Shown: positions 62,591 through 64,000 of the stretch, piece after piece
Numbering within the stretch: the first letter of the stretch is position 1
Layout of the letters: each line of letters starts with the position of its first letter
Source: Vicinamibacterales bacterium
GTDB taxonomy: Bacteria; Acidobacteriota; Vicinamibacteria; Vicinamibacterales; UBA8438
Assembly (NCBI GenBank): GCA_965207595.1
Contig: CBDBMW010000012.1
Span: 898,462-962,461, forward strand
Length of the DNA stretch: 64,000 bases
Direction: 5' to 3'
Made by a program: the position numbers and the translations under genes
The notes under the pieces: generated by a model
Database searches by the model: none
What the model was told of the DNA's origin: nothing
What the model saw: only the letters and a program-made list of their open reading frames with translations

Positions 62591-62709
62591 GCGCGGCACC
62601 CGCTGGGCGCAGGATCGATCCTACCGCACGCCCGCCCCTGGTGACTCCCAGCGCCGCCAAACCCGTCGCTGGCTCCGCGTTCGGCCCCAGCCCCACCGTC
62701 CTCGGAACT

Positions 62710-62756
62710 TGCGCCGCAGGACTCCACTGCGTTGCGTTCTGCCGCGCAAGCTCCTA
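62710..62756. repeat. second copy of the hairpin element seen at 44133-44180
   Basis: TGCGCCGCAGG-N17-CTGCCGCGCAAGCTCCTAG compares with TGCGCCGCAGG-N17-CTGCGGCGCAAGCTCCTGG. Confidence 0.6.
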
Positions 62757-62789
62757 GACTGATCGCTCGCGCGCCGACGCCGGGTCGCA

Positions 62790-62896
62790 CCGCGGCTCGG
62801 ACCCTGTGCAATCTCAGCCTACGAACCGCGTCAGGGCCGGAAGGCAGCAGCGCTAAGTAGTCACTGACATGTGCCGCAGGTCCATCCGGGCCGCGG
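62790..62896 (+). ncRNA. ffs: signal recognition particle RNA (small bacterial 4.5S-type)
   Basis: The conserved domain IV sequence GTCAGGGCCGGAAGGCAGCAGC is present. The closing helices are CCGCGGC(62790)/GCCGCGG(62890) and GGACC(62799)/GGTCC(62879). It lies immediately upstream of dnaX, a common arrangement. Confidence 0.7.
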
Positions 62897-62954
62897 TGGG
62901 GCCCGCCGCCGGCCGCACGGCCGCGCCGCCCGCGCGCCAACCGTCCAGGCCCCG

Positions 62955-64000
62955 ATGACCTACCAGGTGCTGGCCCGCAAGTACCGGCCGCAGACGTTCG
63001 AGGACGTCGTGGGCCAGCGGGGCGTGACGCAGACGCTGCGGAATGCCCTGGCGCGCGACCGGCTGGCCCAGGCGTTCGTCTTCGCCGGCCCCCGCGGCGT
63101 GGGGAAGACGACGACCGCGCGCATCCTCGCCCGGGCGCTGAACTGCGTCGAGGGCCCCACTGCGCAACCGTGCGGGGAGTGCGACGCCTGCCGCGAGATC
63201 GCCGAGGGCCGCGACATCGACGTGCTCGAGATCGACGCCGCCACCCACACCCAGGTCGAGAACGTCCGCGAGGTGATCATCGCCGGCCTGGCCGTCGCCC
63301 CGGTCCGGAACCGCTACAAGGTGTACATCATCGACGAGGTGCACCAGCTCTCGGGCCACTCGTTCAACGCGTTGCTCAAGTCGATCGAGGAGCCGCCGCC
63401 CCACGCCGTCTTCATGATGGCGACGACGGAGCTGGGCCGGATTCCCGACACCATCCTGTCGCGTTCGCAGGTCTACGAGTTCCGGACCATCGGGCGGCAG
63501 GTCATCGCCGACCAGCTCGCGAAGATCGCGGCCGCCGAGTCGATCGCGATCGACACCGACGCCCTCGGGGTCATCGCGCGGGCCGCCGACGGCAGCATGC
63601 GCGACGCGCAGAGCGCCTTCGACCAGGTGATCGCGTTCGCCGGGGAGACGATCGCCGCGGACGATGTCTCGGCCGTGCTCGGCCTCATCGGCCGCGAGCC
63701 GGTGCTGGACGTCATCGAGGCGGTGGCCGACGAGGAGCCCGGCCCCGTGTTCGACCTGGCCGGCCGCTTCGTCGAGTCGGGCTACGACCTGCGCGCCGTC
63801 TGCCGCGAGCTCGCGCGCGCGGTGCGCGACCTGATGGCGGTGGCGATTGACCCCCGGCGGGTGCAGGACCCGGAGATTGCCGCCGACGGCGAGCGGGAGC
63901 GGCTGACCGCCCTGGCCGGGCGCTTCTCGCGGGAGGACCTGCTCCGGGGCTTCGACGTCGTCGTGCGCGCGGAGGTCGACATGCGCGGCGCCGCGCAGCC
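62955..64000 (+). CDS. dnaX: DNA polymerase III subunit gamma/tau, 5' part (runs off the right edge)
   Basis: My own translation from ATG 62955 gives MTYQVLARKYRPQTFEDVVGQRGVTQTLRNALARDRLAQAFVFAGPRGVGKTTTARILARALNC..CGECDACREI..VYIIDEVHQLS..FNALLKSIEEPP. It has no stop in the window, so it is absent from the ORF track. Confidence 0.9.
   Translation, partial: MTYQVLARKYRPQTFEDVVGQRGVTQTLRNALARDRLAQAFVFAGPRGVGKTTTARILARALNCVEGPTAQPCGECDACREIAEGRDIDVLEIDAATHTQVENVREVIIAGLAVAPVRNRYKVYIIDEVHQLSGHSFNALLKSIEEPPPHAVFMMATTELGRIPDTILSRSQVYEFRTIGRQVIADQLAKIAAAESIAIDTDALGVIARAADGSMRDAQSAFDQVIAFAGETIAADDVSAVLGLIGREPVLDVIEAVADEEPGPVFDLAGRFVESGYDLRAVCRELARAVRDLMAVAIDPRRVQDPEIAADGERERLTALAGRFSREDLLRGFDVVVRAEVDMRGAAQ

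Noticed and set aside
62294-62599. 101-aa ORF (MPRGEMSEWLKEHAWKACVGV..)
   Set aside because: It is the translation of the tRNA-Ser gene and its flank.
62853-63404. 183-aa minus-strand ORF over the dnaX 5' region
   Set aside because: It is antisense to an unmistakable dnaX reading frame, which is missing from the track only because it has no stop within the window.

Overview
By eye this is a ~70% GC bacterial chromosome segment. Its gene families look Acidobacteriota/Gemmatimonadota-like: an ADOP-type duplicated FtsX permease with PadR, a TIGR03436-like VWA protein, a DUF1552/DUF1592 pair, CarboxypepD_reg-type TonB-dependent receptors and BlaR1-TonB fusions; this taxonomic call is inference only. 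Positions 1-50.4 kb are mostly core or metabolic genes. They include a haem-c protein with a beta-propeller, an AAA+ ATPase, a cyclase, pyrF, selA, two PQQ dehydrogenases, an amidohydrolase, two tandem TlpA-like lipoproteins, two BlaR1-like sensors and an AbrB/PIN toxin-antitoxin pair. Positions 50.7-62.5 kb form a visibly more AT-rich composite genomic island. It is bounded by an exact 16-bp direct repeat of the 3' end of tRNA-Ser(GGA). It carries a P4-type integrase, an integrase remnant, an ISBst12-like IS66-family element with an 8-bp target duplication, a 3'-truncated IS21-family element and about 10 ORFs of no recognisable family. The most interesting cargo is an orphan proteasome-beta/Ntn-like gene, which sits divergent from a secreted-protein gene whose signal peptide was split by the IS. 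The window ends with tRNA-Ser, an SRP RNA and the 5' part of dnaX. Many very long ORFs in the track are GC-driven antisense artefacts, and several track ORFs were trimmed to internal starts that have an RBS. All family assignments are motif recognition by eye; no searches were run.
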